A stretch of 64,000 bases of DNA from Spirochaetia bacterium (GTDB taxonomy: Bacteria; Spirochaetota; Spirochaetia; DSM-16054; Sediminispirochaetaceae), in contig JAXHMY010000001.1 of assembly GCA_034520965.1 (NCBI GenBank), forward strand, positions 256,001 through 320,000. Direction: 5' to 3'. The notes under the pieces are model-generated. The model saw only the letters and a list, made by a program, of their open reading frames with translations. It was not told the DNA's origin and searched no databases. Below, one piece after another: positions 37,538 through 47,195 of this stretch. Positions within the stretch are counted from its first letter, which is position 1. Each line of letters opens with the position of its first letter. A program made the translations under genes and the position numbers.

Positions 37538-39016
37538 ATGCAGAATCTATCTGATTTTAACGATGATACTCCAAAGGCCGAACTGTATCAGTTCCTGTCC
37601 GAAGCGATCATGCATAATCACATATCAGATTTCTCCTCCCTGCTTTCATTTTCCCGGGGCATCCCGATCAATGCAAAGACCCGACCGGTATTTGAAAGCC
37701 TGTTTATCCTTATCCGTAAACTCTACTGGGGGTTTTTCCGGGACGTGGATAAAATTGTCTACCCGAAGGTCTGGAAGGAAACCGTACTGCCCAGCGAGGG
37801 CTTTCCCCACTGCGGCGACCTTAAAAGGAATTTAACTATAGCAAATATTTATGTGGGCATCCTCGATTTGCACGGATATACCGCTTTCTGTGATGCCCAC
37901 AAAAACAACCTTTCCATGTTAAAGGCCCTGGACGAACTTATCCAGGTAGAACTAATGAAGCTGGCCCGTATGCGGGACGTTGTGCTGCAGCGGCAGCACG
38001 GAGATGAGATAATTTTAGTGGGAACCAAGGCCAGGGATGTAATCGAGCTTAGCCTGGATATTATAGATGTCTTTGCGAAGAAGAAGGGGAATCCCAGCAA
38101 GCTCAAGAGTTTTTTGCCGGATATGCATGTCTCCGCCGGTATAGCCGGGGGAAACAAATTTACTCCCTTCATCATAACCCTCGACGGAGACCTCTCGGGA
38201 GGAGTGGTGAATACCGCCGCACGGCTCCAATCACGGGCGAACGAGCTCTCTGAAAACCGTTCTCGTATTCTTATTCGCAGGACTACGTATCACAACTATC
38301 TATCGGAGACTACGCACATTCCTGCCGTCGATCTGCGGGACCCGCCCATACATTTTATCGACTCCGGTAATATCCGCTTCAAGGGTGTCGAGGTTGCTGT
38401 GTCCGAAGTGTTGTTTGAGGAGAGGGACAGCTATAGAGTTAAAATTGAAAAAGATCTACAGGGTCTGATGAAAGCAATTGAGAACAGATCGTGGAAGGAG
38501 GGAGTCTTTGAACAACTGCTTATGCTGCTCATACGTTTCTATAAGTTCATGCCTCCCTTTCAAATCGAAACACCCAGTAAAGGCATTATAAGCCGACTGC
38601 ACAACGAGGATCTTATCGATATGGCCAAAAAAATACTGAGGTATTTTAAGGAGGACCAAAACTACCTGGATGCCTTCGCAGAGCTTGACTTGTTGATTGC
38701 ATATTCTCAATCTATTCGGGGCTTCGACCCTCTTATCCTCGAGTATGCCGAACAGATTCTGGAACGATACAGATCAATCATTTCCGATTACGAGGGTCGG
38801 CTTGAATTGCGAATACAAGAACTCGCCGATTCCACCCTCTCTGTAAAAGCACGGCAGATGTATAAGGAAAGCCAAAAAGCACTTTTTCTTCAGGAACGAC
38901 TAAAACTGGAAATCCGAAAGCACATCTCCGACCATGAGATCTCGAAAATGTGGAGAGCCGCGGTAGAGGTTAATTATAACGCTCCGGAATTCAGTATACG
39001 CTCCGGAAAGCAGTAG
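37538..39016 (+). CDS. Soluble class III nucleotide cyclase-domain protein with an uncharacterised helical C-terminal region
   Basis: GILDLHGYT (first metal Asp), HGDE (second Asp), SAGIAGG, DLSGGVVNTAARLQ (NxxxR), IRFKG. Confidence 0.75.
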   Translation: MQNLSDFNDDTPKAELYQFLSEAIMHNHISDFSSLLSFSRGIPINAKTRPVFESLFILIRKLYWGFFRDVDKIVYPKVWKETVLPSEGFPHCGDLKRNLTIANIYVGILDLHGYTAFCDAHKNNLSMLKALDELIQVELMKLARMRDVVLQRQHGDEIILVGTKARDVIELSLDIIDVFAKKKGNPSKLKSFLPDMHVSAGIAGGNKFTPFIITLDGDLSGGVVNTAARLQSRANELSENRSRILIRRTTYHNYLSETTHIPAVDLRDPPIHFIDSGNIRFKGVEVAVSEVLFEERDSYRVKIEKDLQGLMKAIENRSWKEGVFEQLLMLLIRFYKFMPPFQIETPSKGIISRLHNEDLIDMAKKILRYFKEDQNYLDAFAELDLLIAYSQSIRGFDPLILEYAEQILERYRSIISDYEGRLELRIQELADSTLSVKARQMYKESQKALFLQERLKLEIRKHISDHEISKMWRAAVEVNYNAPEFSIRSGKQ

Positions 39017-39034
39017 GCGATTCCCTTGAGTCGG

Positions 39035-39601
39035 CTATCCCGATTCTAAGGGTCCCCGATACAGGGACAGCAGTTCAATCCGGCTATGGCAGCCGGTTTT
39101 TTTATAGATATTCTGCGTATGAAGCTTTGCGGTTCCCGGGCTGATGAAGAGCTTTTCGCCTATCTCCTGTATCCTCTTTCCCCGCAGCAGGAGAAACAAA
39201 ATCTCCTCTTCACGCTCCGAGAGGCCGTACTTTGTAGCGAAATCCCCCTGTGTTTTTTCACGGGATACTACCTGGGTTTGATCGGCGGTATCGGCCTGGC
39301 GACGGTACCGGAGGGTAAACTCATATCCGCCAACCTGAAGAGTATCGTTATGGTGCACCGGAACTCGTTCTTCTATCCGGCTTCCGTTGAGGTAGGTTCC
39401 GTTTCTGGAACCGGAATCTTCAATGTACAGGTCGCTCCCTGCAATATGCAGGCGGACGTGCCGCCGTGAAACCCCGGCGGTTGAGAGGATGAGGTCACTA
39501 TCCGTGTCCCGGCCGATTGTAAAACTGTTTTTGTAGATGGGGACTATCCAGGGGGAATTATCCGGAAAATACCCCTGAAGATACCATTCGCTTTTATTCA
39601 T
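39035..39601 (-). CDS. FHA domain fused to a LuxR-type HTH (transcriptional regulator)
   Basis: FHA: TIGR...VSRRH...DSGSRNGTYLNG. LuxR HTH: LSEREEEIL...G..IQEIG..LFIS.GT.K.H..NIYKK.G..SR.EL. Confidence 0.88.
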   Translation of the reverse strand: MNKSEWYLQGYFPDNSPWIVPIYKNSFTIGRDTDSDLILSTAGVSRRHVRLHIAGSDLYIEDSGSRNGTYLNGSRIEERVPVHHNDTLQVGGYEFTLRYRRQADTADQTQVVSREKTQGDFATKYGLSEREEEILFLLLRGKRIQEIGEKLFISPGTAKLHTQNIYKKTGCHSRIELLSLYRGPLESG

Positions 39602-39673
39602 ACTAAACGATTATACCAAACGGCATATACGCTTTTCCAGCTCCAGGGGCTATGTTTGCAGCATAGGGAGGAT

Positions 39674-40201
39674 AAAATTATGGAAATGAACACACAAATT
39701 CCTGAGAACGTGCTAAAACACCTGCGCTACGTTGCGAAATCTTTTGGGTTAGGTCAGGATGACGAGACTATTCAAATGCTGGCCGACAGCTGGGCGGAAA
39801 AACTGAATACCTTCGAGAGCAAAATGACAGAGCTGGGAATGGACGAGGTAGGCCTTTTCGAAACCGAGGACCAGCGTGGAGCTCTGGCTCTTACTTACTC
39901 GGGCTCGCTATTAGCCATCAGCCCGCTGAGCGATGGAGGCAGAAAAATCGATTATACGAGTATCGGCCTGCGAAAGGATGTGCCCGAGAGCATCACCGAC
40001 GAGAATTGCCTACTGAAAGAGGACATGGAAGTTGAAAAAAACGTCGAATTCATAGGTGGATCCATCAAACGTACTTCTCCAATTTACAAAATCGTCGCCG
40101 CGCCGCTTTCTCTAAACGAGGATGAACAGGAAGAGCTGATTGACGAGGCAAAAACTATGATCATTGATACCTTTGTAGATATGAATCAGGAACTTTACTA
40201 A
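39674..40201 (+). CDS. Hypothetical acidic protein
   Basis: ORF with a strong GGGAGG RBS, divergent from the FHA-LuxR gene; no family recognised. Confidence 0.65.
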   Translation, partial: KIMEMNTQIPENVLKHLRYVAKSFGLGQDDETIQMLADSWAEKLNTFESKMTELGMDEVGLFETEDQRGALALTYSGSLLAISPLSDGGRKIDYTSIGLRKDVPESITDENCLLKEDMEVEKNVEFIGGSIKRTSPIYKIVAAPLSLNEDEQEELIDEAKTMIIDTFVDMNQELY

Positions 40202-40268
40202 GCCTTCTGGTTTCCTCATGTGCGATAGGCTCCGGGTAGCGGACTTACTCCCTCTGCCCGGGGCCGCT

Positions 40269-41740
40269 TTATTTATAGGCCAGCACGGTCTCTTTCAGGT
40301 GGTTCCCGTAATTCACCAGGCTGCGGATGATCAACTTTTCCCGGGGGCCGAGTTCGGTGCTGCTGATAAGAGTGTCCAGTTTCTTCTCGAAGGTGCCGAA
40401 ATCGTCGATCTTATTACCCGGTGGAAATAGCAGACGGGTGGCACAGAAGTTCTTCCATTTCAAACGCTCACGCTCGCTGAAAAGAGAGGGATAATTCCGG
40501 CCAATCATACGATGCAGCAGTTTTTCCGCCCGTTGATCTGTAAATTGGCTGGAAAAGTTGCGCCAGCTTTCAATCCCCTGTTCATGGAGCTGCGAGAACA
40601 GGGCCTTGTCTTCATCCATGAAAAATCCGCCGGTATAGATAGCCATATCAACATCCGGTGCTTCCGGCAGCCCGCCCTCATGATCAAACACCGCCCTCAC
40701 CTTCTCCGTCAGATTAGGCGCAGACTGCAGCAGACGCTGCCGCTCCTGAATAAGTTCGAGGTCCAGTCCAAGCCGGCGGGCAGCTTCATCGTCCAGGGTT
40801 TTCAGTGGAGCTACTACCGGAGCTTTGTTGATCTGCAGGGGCGTTAAAGGAATCCGCTCGTCCTCAAGCTCCTCCTTTGGGGTGAACACCCGGTCGCGCA
40901 GTTTTTCAACCGGCAGTTCCAACAGCGGCCGGGGATCAAAACGCAAATCAAAAGTTATGACTGAGTTCCGGTTTTTCGGATCAACCGCCAGGGGTGCAAC
41001 TACCGTAGTACAGCCCTCGGGCCGGGTGAACATGGCGGAGGTATATAAAATCGGAGCTCGGCTCTGCAGGTCTATCAGTTTGGACACATCCTCTTTTCTG
41101 CGGTGGTGAAACAGAAATTGAAACAACCGCGGCTGGACATCGTGCAACAGCTTTGCTAAACCGATCGTCGCTTCCACATCGCTCAGGGCATCATGGGCGT
41201 GTTGATGGACAATTCCGTTGGCCCCGCTTAAATCTTCCAGTTTGAAAGACGGCCGGCCGTCTTCCTGATTCGGCCATTCGATTCCCTCCGGCCGCAGGTC
41301 CTTGGCAGCCCGCATCACGTTAATTAAATCCCAGCGGCTGTTCCGGTTAGCATACTCGCACGCACATACGGGTCCAGCAGATTCCGGTAAAATATGCTCC
41401 GCATAAACTCATCGTCAAAGCGGATGTTGTTATACCCAACCACACAGGTGCCGGGTTGCATCCACTCCTGGTATATTCGCATTGCAACCTCATACTCCGG
41501 CCGCCCCTTCTCTATTGTTTCATGGGGTGTAATTCCCGTTATCAGGCTGGCCTGGGGGCTGGGCACATAGTCCGGCGCTATCTGAACATATTCAATAATC
41601 GGATCGCCTATCGGCTCAAAGTCGCCGTTTGTACGAATTCCGGCAAACTGAGCTAAGCGATCGAGTTGGGGATGCCGTCCAAATGTTTCAATGTCATACC
41701 AAAAAAGTGTTGCTGCCATAGGGTCCCTCTTCTTCACCAT
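40269..41740 (-). CDS. sbcB: Exodeoxyribonuclease I (frameshift near 41358)
   Basis: ExoI motif I WYDIETFG, QFAGIRT, LITGITP, GYNNIRFDDE; after the indel NSRWDLINVMR...PEGIEWP...SFKLEDLS.ANG..H..AHDALSDV.ATI. The two ORFs join by removing 2 nt. Alternative start at 41719. Confidence 0.9.
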
Positions 41741-41885
41741 TGTAGCGAAAACGACTCTTTATCACTACCCACACCAGCGCGCCTAAATCTGATAAATAGG
41801 GCGCAATTTATAAATGGTGTGCAAGTACTTATGCGAAGCTTCACTCAGCGGCTCTCCGAGGAAATCATCATATAGCTGGATAATC

Positions 41886-42221
41886 TCAATACTCCTCGTG
41901 CTGTTGTATTTTCAGCAGTATTGCATTGAAATCCATATACAGACCGGCCGCCTTGCACTGCAGCTCTTCATAAGCTTCCAGCAAATCGCTCTTAGCTATT
42001 CCGTATTTCAGATTCACCCCATCGGTGTAGGGTTTGTACGTCTTCCATCCGCGCTGTTGTAGTTCTCGTTTATAGGTGCTTATCAATTCAGGCAGATGGG
42101 ATGAATACTTCTCAAGGATTGGTATATCAATTATCGCCGCTGAAAGGTCGTCAATGTGATCCATAATACGCTCCTCTTGATATCTATAAAATTGCCTATA
42201 TTCTTTAAGATTTATAATCAA
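41886..42221 (-). CDS. Hypothetical protein
   Basis: 111-aa ORF filling an otherwise empty gap, with its own AT-rich upstream region; weak TTG start. Confidence 0.5.
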   Translation of the reverse strand: MIINLKEYRQFYRYQEERIMDHIDDLSAAIIDIPILEKYSSHLPELISTYKRELQQRGWKTYKPYTDGVNLKYGIAKSDLLEAYEELQCKAAGLYMDFNAILLKIQQHEEY

Positions 42222-42434
42222 TTTTATGTATAGGTCAATTTTCTTAATATTTTTTGCGTTTTAACGCAATTTCACTGTTAATATATCAGAAGATTATGAG
42301 TTTGTGTAATACTTTTTAACAAATTTTAATATTTTTTGTTATTTTTATGCTGGTTTTAAAAAATGTGAGCTCTTCAAAAAGCTTCACATCCTGGGACCAA
42401 TCAATTGATCTTTATCGGCTGACCGCTGAAAAGG

Positions 42435-43376
42435 CTAGGCAAACCCTAACAAACGTAGAATAAAAAAACCATAAAAGAGAAGCAGTATCCCACCTTCAAG
42501 GCGATTAATTTTATGGTCGAGGACTATGATAATATAGAGTAAGGTTGCCGCTAAAGAGAGGGGAAGCGAAAAAGTAATTATAGAATCGGGTATTCGCAGT
42601 GTTCCAACCATAGCCGGAACACCCATAACCAGGAGGGTATTAAAAATATTTGAACCAAGCACATTCCCAATGGTAATTTCAGGCTTGCCCTTCCGCGCTG
42701 CGGCTATGGTAACGCTCAGCTCCGGGAGGCTGGTACCTAGGGCTATTGCCCCCAAGGCTATTACCTCGGGGGCTATCGACAATCTTTTTGAAAGTGTAAC
42801 CACCGCCTCAATTGTATACTGGGCACCGATATAAATTCCCAAAGGTGCGAGAATTAAAATAAACCAGTGACGTAGACGCGGTTTCACCGGGTGTTGCTCT
42901 AACTCGAGTATTTCCTGCATCTGCCTGGGGTTGCGAAGAGTGTAATAGAGGTAGTATCCAAATGCGACCAGACACAGCACAGCTTCAGCGTTGGTAAACT
43001 CCTGATCCACCACCATAAACGCCAACAACAGGGCCGATGCCGCTAAAAAGGGCACATCGGATTTCATTACATCGTAATCAACCACGAATTCCTTACCGAG
43101 CACCCCCGCTACGCCTACTACTAAAAAGATATTGGTAATATTCGAGCCAAGGACATTGCCGATTACAATTTCAGAGGTGCCGCTGGCCACCGACACCAAG
43201 GAGGAGACCAGTTCGGGAAGGCTGGTACCGAAGCCAACTATCAAAACCCCGATTACAAAGGGAGGCATCTTAAAAAATGTACCGATTTCTTCCGCGGATA
43301 CAATAAAAAGGTCTGACGATTTTAATAAAATCGCCAGACTTACCACAAATATTATCGCCCACGCTGCCGCACTCAT
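42435..43376 (-). CDS. Calcium/sodium antiporter (CaCA, YrbG-like)
   Basis: Two alpha repeats: GTSLPEL...GNVLGSNITN and GTSLPEL...GNVLGSNIFN. Confidence 0.92.
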   Translation of the reverse strand: MSAAAWAIIFVVSLAILLKSSDLFIVSAEEIGTFFKMPPFVIGVLIVGFGTSLPELVSSLVSVASGTSEIVIGNVLGSNITNIFLVVGVAGVLGKEFVVDYDVMKSDVPFLAASALLLAFMVVDQEFTNAEAVLCLVAFGYYLYYTLRNPRQMQEILELEQHPVKPRLRHWFILILAPLGIYIGAQYTIEAVVTLSKRLSIAPEVIALGAIALGTSLPELSVTIAAARKGKPEITIGNVLGSNIFNTLLVMGVPAMVGTLRIPDSIITFSLPLSLAATLLYIIIVLDHKINRLEGGILLLFYGFFILRLLGFA

Positions 43377-43430
43377 AGTCCATAAGTATATTAGCGGGAA
43401 CAATTCTACGCAATTACCTCTGCAATTCTT

Positions 43431-44381
43431 TTAATTATCCGCGTTCGGAGTTTTACCCTCATTTCTTTTTACCATTCGTTCTATCTTCTGCATTACTCCG
43501 TTCATATCTGAAAGATCCAGGGGCACCATAAGTTTGGTTTCCTTACGGGCCAGGTTTTTCAGCTCGCTGATATACCCCTCTGCAATTCGCAGAGACAGGG
43601 CATCCTCGCCACCGGAAACTTCAACTGCCGCCGCTACTTTACGAAGACCCGCGGCGGTTGATTTTGCAAGGGCGGTAATTTCACTGGCACGTCCCTCAGC
43701 CTCATTGATAGACTTTTCTTTATCCCCCTCGGACCGGTTAATCGCCTCTTCCATTTCAGCCTGGGAGTAGTTAACCTTTGACTCCATTTCACCCAAACTG
43801 CGGGCAATGGCGGCCCGTTTTTCACGTTCCGCCTTCATTTGTACTTCCATGGCCTCTAGGATTCCCTCGGGCACATTGATATTTTGAATCTCGTAGCGCG
43901 AGACTTTTACTCCCCAGGCATCAGAGGCCTCATCGACGGCTTTGACTACCCGCGCATTGATAGATTCCCGTTCTTCAAAGGTGCGGTCCAGCTCCAAACG
44001 CCCTATTACCGAACGCATAGTAGTCTGGGCCAGCTGAATAGTCGCGTATTCATAGTTGGTTATACCGTAGCTGGCGCGACGTGGCTCAACCACCCTCATA
44101 TACAGCACTCCATCGACACGAACCTTTACATTGTCCTGGGTAAAACAATCCTGGGCCGGCACATCAATGGCCTGCTCTTTCATACTGTGCTTATAGCGAA
44201 CCTTCTCTATAAAGGGAATCAACACGTGAATACCCGCCTCCAGAGTCCGGGTATACTTACCCAGCCGCTCAACTACCAAAGCCGATTTGGCCGGAACAAT
44301 GCGGATGCTTCTTAATAAAGTGAAGACAACAAATAGTAGAAAAAGTCCAAGTAAAATTAGTAGTGGTAGAAATGGATTCAC
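43431..44381 (-). CDS. SPFH/paraslipin (QmcA-like) protein
   Basis: VVERLGKY, AIDVPAQ, AQTTMRSVIG, WGVKVSRYEI, QMKAEREKRA, INEAEG. Confidence 0.92.
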   Translation of the reverse strand: MNPFLPLLILLGLFLLFVVFTLLRSIRIVPAKSALVVERLGKYTRTLEAGIHVLIPFIEKVRYKHSMKEQAIDVPAQDCFTQDNVKVRVDGVLYMRVVEPRRASYGITNYEYATIQLAQTTMRSVIGRLELDRTFEERESINARVVKAVDEASDAWGVKVSRYEIQNINVPEGILEAMEVQMKAEREKRAAIARSLGEMESKVNYSQAEMEEAINRSEGDKEKSINEAEGRASEITALAKSTAAGLRKVAAAVEVSGGEDALSLRIAEGYISELKNLARKETKLMVPLDLSDMNGVMQKIERMVKRNEGKTPNADN

Positions 44382-45315
44382 GCCCGACCTCCCTTATCAC
44401 CACGGGTACTTATTCCTATGGAAGGGGTAACCGTATCAATCAATGATTTCAACCTGGCCAGATCATCCGGCAATACCGAAGTTTCGGCGGTGTTGATAAT
44501 GGAACCAAACTGCTCGAGGTACTGTTCAGCCAGGCGTAAAGCCATGGCGGATTTTCCTTTGGGTAATTGAAGCGCCTCCGCAACCACGGTAAGCCCCCCT
44601 GCGGTTGCTTCACTGGTAATTTCAATTGCCTGGGCCTTTCCTTCAGCCTCATTGATCCGTTTTTGGCGTTCCCCCTTACTCAAATTGATTGAAGATTGCC
44701 GGTCGCCCTTTGAAATGTTTATTCTGGCACTCTTCTCTCCCTCACTGGCAAGTATACCGGCCCGTTTCTCACGCTCAGCCCGCATCTGCTGCTCCATCGC
44801 CTTTTCGATGGTTTCGGTGGGACTAATATCTTTGATCTCATAGCGGGTAACTTTTATTCCCCAAGGGTCGGAGGCTTCATCCAGGGCTTTTACAATTGCA
44901 TCGTATTAATTTGGTCCCGTTCGCTGAAGGTCCGGTCCAGCTCCAGCTTTCCGATTTCCGACCGCATGGTCGTTTTTGCCAGCTGAGCAGTTGCATAGCG
45001 GTAATTATCAATCCCATAGCTGGCTTTTACCGGGTCCATCACCCGCAGATACAGTAGACCATCCACGGTGACCTGCACATTGTCGCTAGTAATGCAGACT
45101 TGCGGGTCTACATCAAAAACTTCTTCTTTAATGATGTGCTTATAGGCAATTCGCTGAATCACAGGAATTATCAAGTGGAGTCCCGATCCAAGAGTAGTCT
45201 GGTATTTACCAAACCTCTCGATTACATAGGCCTCTTGCTCAGGAACAATTCTGATAAGCTTAAAAAAGGTGATAATCACCAGAAAAGCCAGTACATAGGC
45301 AAAAATTACATTCAT
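44378..45315 (-). CDS. Second SPFH/paraslipin protein (frameshift near 44903)
   Basis: N-part VIERFGKY...AKTTMRSEIG; after removing 2 nt it continues DAIVKALDEASDPWGIKVTRYEIKDI...MEQQMRAEREKRA. Confidence 0.88.
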
Positions 45316-45342
45316 ATGCGCTCCTTATAATTTCTAAAACGT

Positions 45343-45792
45343 TTATTTATCAAACGGTTCGCTTACCGTAAGCGTAATACCGTCCTCGTCTACAATCGAA
45401 ACTTGCTCTCCCGCCTCAAATGATTCAGTAAGACTCACCGCCTTCCAGCTAGTACCCCGATAACGTACGCGTCCCGGCTGGTCGGGCGAAATCGATTCCA
45501 AGACCTCCGCATGCTCCCCCAGCCCTTCCAGGGGCATACGGTTGAGCAGGGTTCCTCTAAAGAGCTTCTTAAACTTTTTCCGAAGCAAAATAAAGGAAAC
45601 CACCGAAGCCACAGCCCAGGTAACTACTTGCCACGCAAAGCTGCTCCCGAGTGGAGGCAGCACCAGGGCGGCAATAGCAACTATCCAGGCTCCAAGTCCA
45701 AAGAAAAAGATGGTAAACCCGGGAATTAACATCTCCGATGCAATCAACATGAGTCCAATTACACCCCAAAGAAATGATGACCCAAACAACAA
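45343..45792 (-). CDS. NfeD-family protein
   Basis: Three TM helices (EMLIPGF...FGLGA) plus an OB-fold 'GRVRYRGTSWKA'. Canonical partner of SPFH genes. Confidence 0.9.
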   Translation of the reverse strand: MLFGSSFLWGVIGLMLIASEMLIPGFTIFFFGLGAWIVAIAALVLPPLGSSFAWQVVTWAVASVVSFILLRKKFKKLFRGTLLNRMPLEGLGEHAEVLESISPDQPGRVRYRGTSWKAVSLTESFEAGEQVSIVDEDGITLTVSEPFDK

Positions 45793-45978
45793 AGTACCTC
45801 CTCTCTTAATTTAGCATAGAATATACCCTAGAGCATGCGCAAAATTCAGCTTGTTGGCAAGTTGGAGGAAAAGTATATTGGCAGAATAGAGACTATTCAT
45901 TGGTCTTTACTAGGCTCTGCTCAGCTCCATCCCAGAATTTGGGTTGAAGACAGTTCTGTTTCATAGTTTAATAGTGTC

Positions 45979-47160
45979 ATGAACACTTCGCACAAGCCTG
46001 ATTCACATTTTCACATCGGCCCCATTTTAATGTTGATGCTGATGGTGTTGTACAACTTCCTCTCCCGGGGAGTCTTTAGTCCATTGCTCCCAATTTTAGA
46101 GACGGAGTTTGGTGTCAGCCACGGGCGCTCAAGCTCGCTGTTCCTAATTATGTCGCTGAGTATGAGCAGCAGTATGGTTCTTTCCGGGTTTGTATCAAGT
46201 CGATTGCAGCATAGAGGGGTGATATTAATTTATGAGTTTATGCTTGGTTTTTCGCTTTTACTGTGTGCCTTCAGCAACAGTTTCCTGCTGATTCAGTTAT
46301 CCGTTGGAGTGTTAGGACTGAGCGCCGGTTTATACGCCCCTTCGGGGCTGGCATCGGTTACCAATCTGGCCAGCCGGCAGCACTGGGGCAAAGCGATTAG
46401 TCTGCATGAGACCGGGCCCAATTTCGGACTTATTTTAGCCCCCCTGCTGGTTGGTTTTGCGGCACCCCTTCTGGGATGGAGGTGGGTCTTGATTCTAATA
46501 GGAGTTGCAAACTGGTTAAATGGACTGCTCTACTTTATGTGGGGCCGAGGCGGAGCTTTCCATGGCGAACCTCCTAATTTTAAGAACCTCAAACTCATCT
46601 TAAACAACCGGGCCTTCTGGATTATGGCACTCTTTTTGGTACTGGCCGCCAGCTCGGCAATAGGAGTCTACTCCATCCTGCCGACTTATCTCATCTCCGA
46701 GAAAGGAATGGCTCCTAAAATAGTAAACAGTGTAGTAGGTTTTTCCAGAGTGAGTGCCATCGCATTTGTGCTTGGAGCCGGTTTTCTCACAGATAAATTC
46801 GGCTTAAAAACTTTGTTGGGAATTATACTCTCTTTAACCGGCGGTTTCGCCCTGCTGTTAGGTCTACTGGAGGGCACTCCTTTACTGATAGCAGTATTCT
46901 TTCAGCCGATGATTGTAGCGGCCTTCTTTCCCGTCTTTAATACCAGTATTTCAAATATCACTACTGCAAAGACCAGAAATGTTGCCTTCTCTTTAATTAT
47001 TCCCTTTGCCTCAGCACTCGGTGCCGGAGCAACCCCCACTCTAATGGGCTTCCTTGGTGAACAGGGCCATTTTGCTTCCGCCTTCATTGGGCTTGGAGTT
47101 CTTTGTATTGCGGCCACACTCTTGCTTCCACAGCTTCACCTGAAGCGAGAACAGGAGTAG
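45979..47160 (+). CDS. MFS transporter
   Basis: About 12 TMs, SGFVSSRLQHR / GFLTDKFG motif-A-like loops, WGKAISLHE.G. Confidence 0.88.
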   Translation: MNTSHKPDSHFHIGPILMLMLMVLYNFLSRGVFSPLLPILETEFGVSHGRSSSLFLIMSLSMSSSMVLSGFVSSRLQHRGVILIYEFMLGFSLLLCAFSNSFLLIQLSVGVLGLSAGLYAPSGLASVTNLASRQHWGKAISLHETGPNFGLILAPLLVGFAAPLLGWRWVLILIGVANWLNGLLYFMWGRGGAFHGEPPNFKNLKLILNNRAFWIMALFLVLAASSAIGVYSILPTYLISEKGMAPKIVNSVVGFSRVSAIAFVLGAGFLTDKFGLKTLLGIILSLTGGFALLLGLLEGTPLLIAVFFQPMIVAAFFPVFNTSISNITTAKTRNVAFSLIIPFASALGAGATPTLMGFLGEQGHFASAFIGLGVLCIAATLLLPQLHLKREQE

Positions 47161-47195
47161 GCATACCTCACTAAACCGGTTTAGCTTTTCCTGAT

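Noticed and set aside
37538..39016. Pycsar-type anti-phage system
   Set aside because: No adjacent TIR or 2TM cNMP-binding effector is recognisable, so it is kept only as an atypical cyclase.
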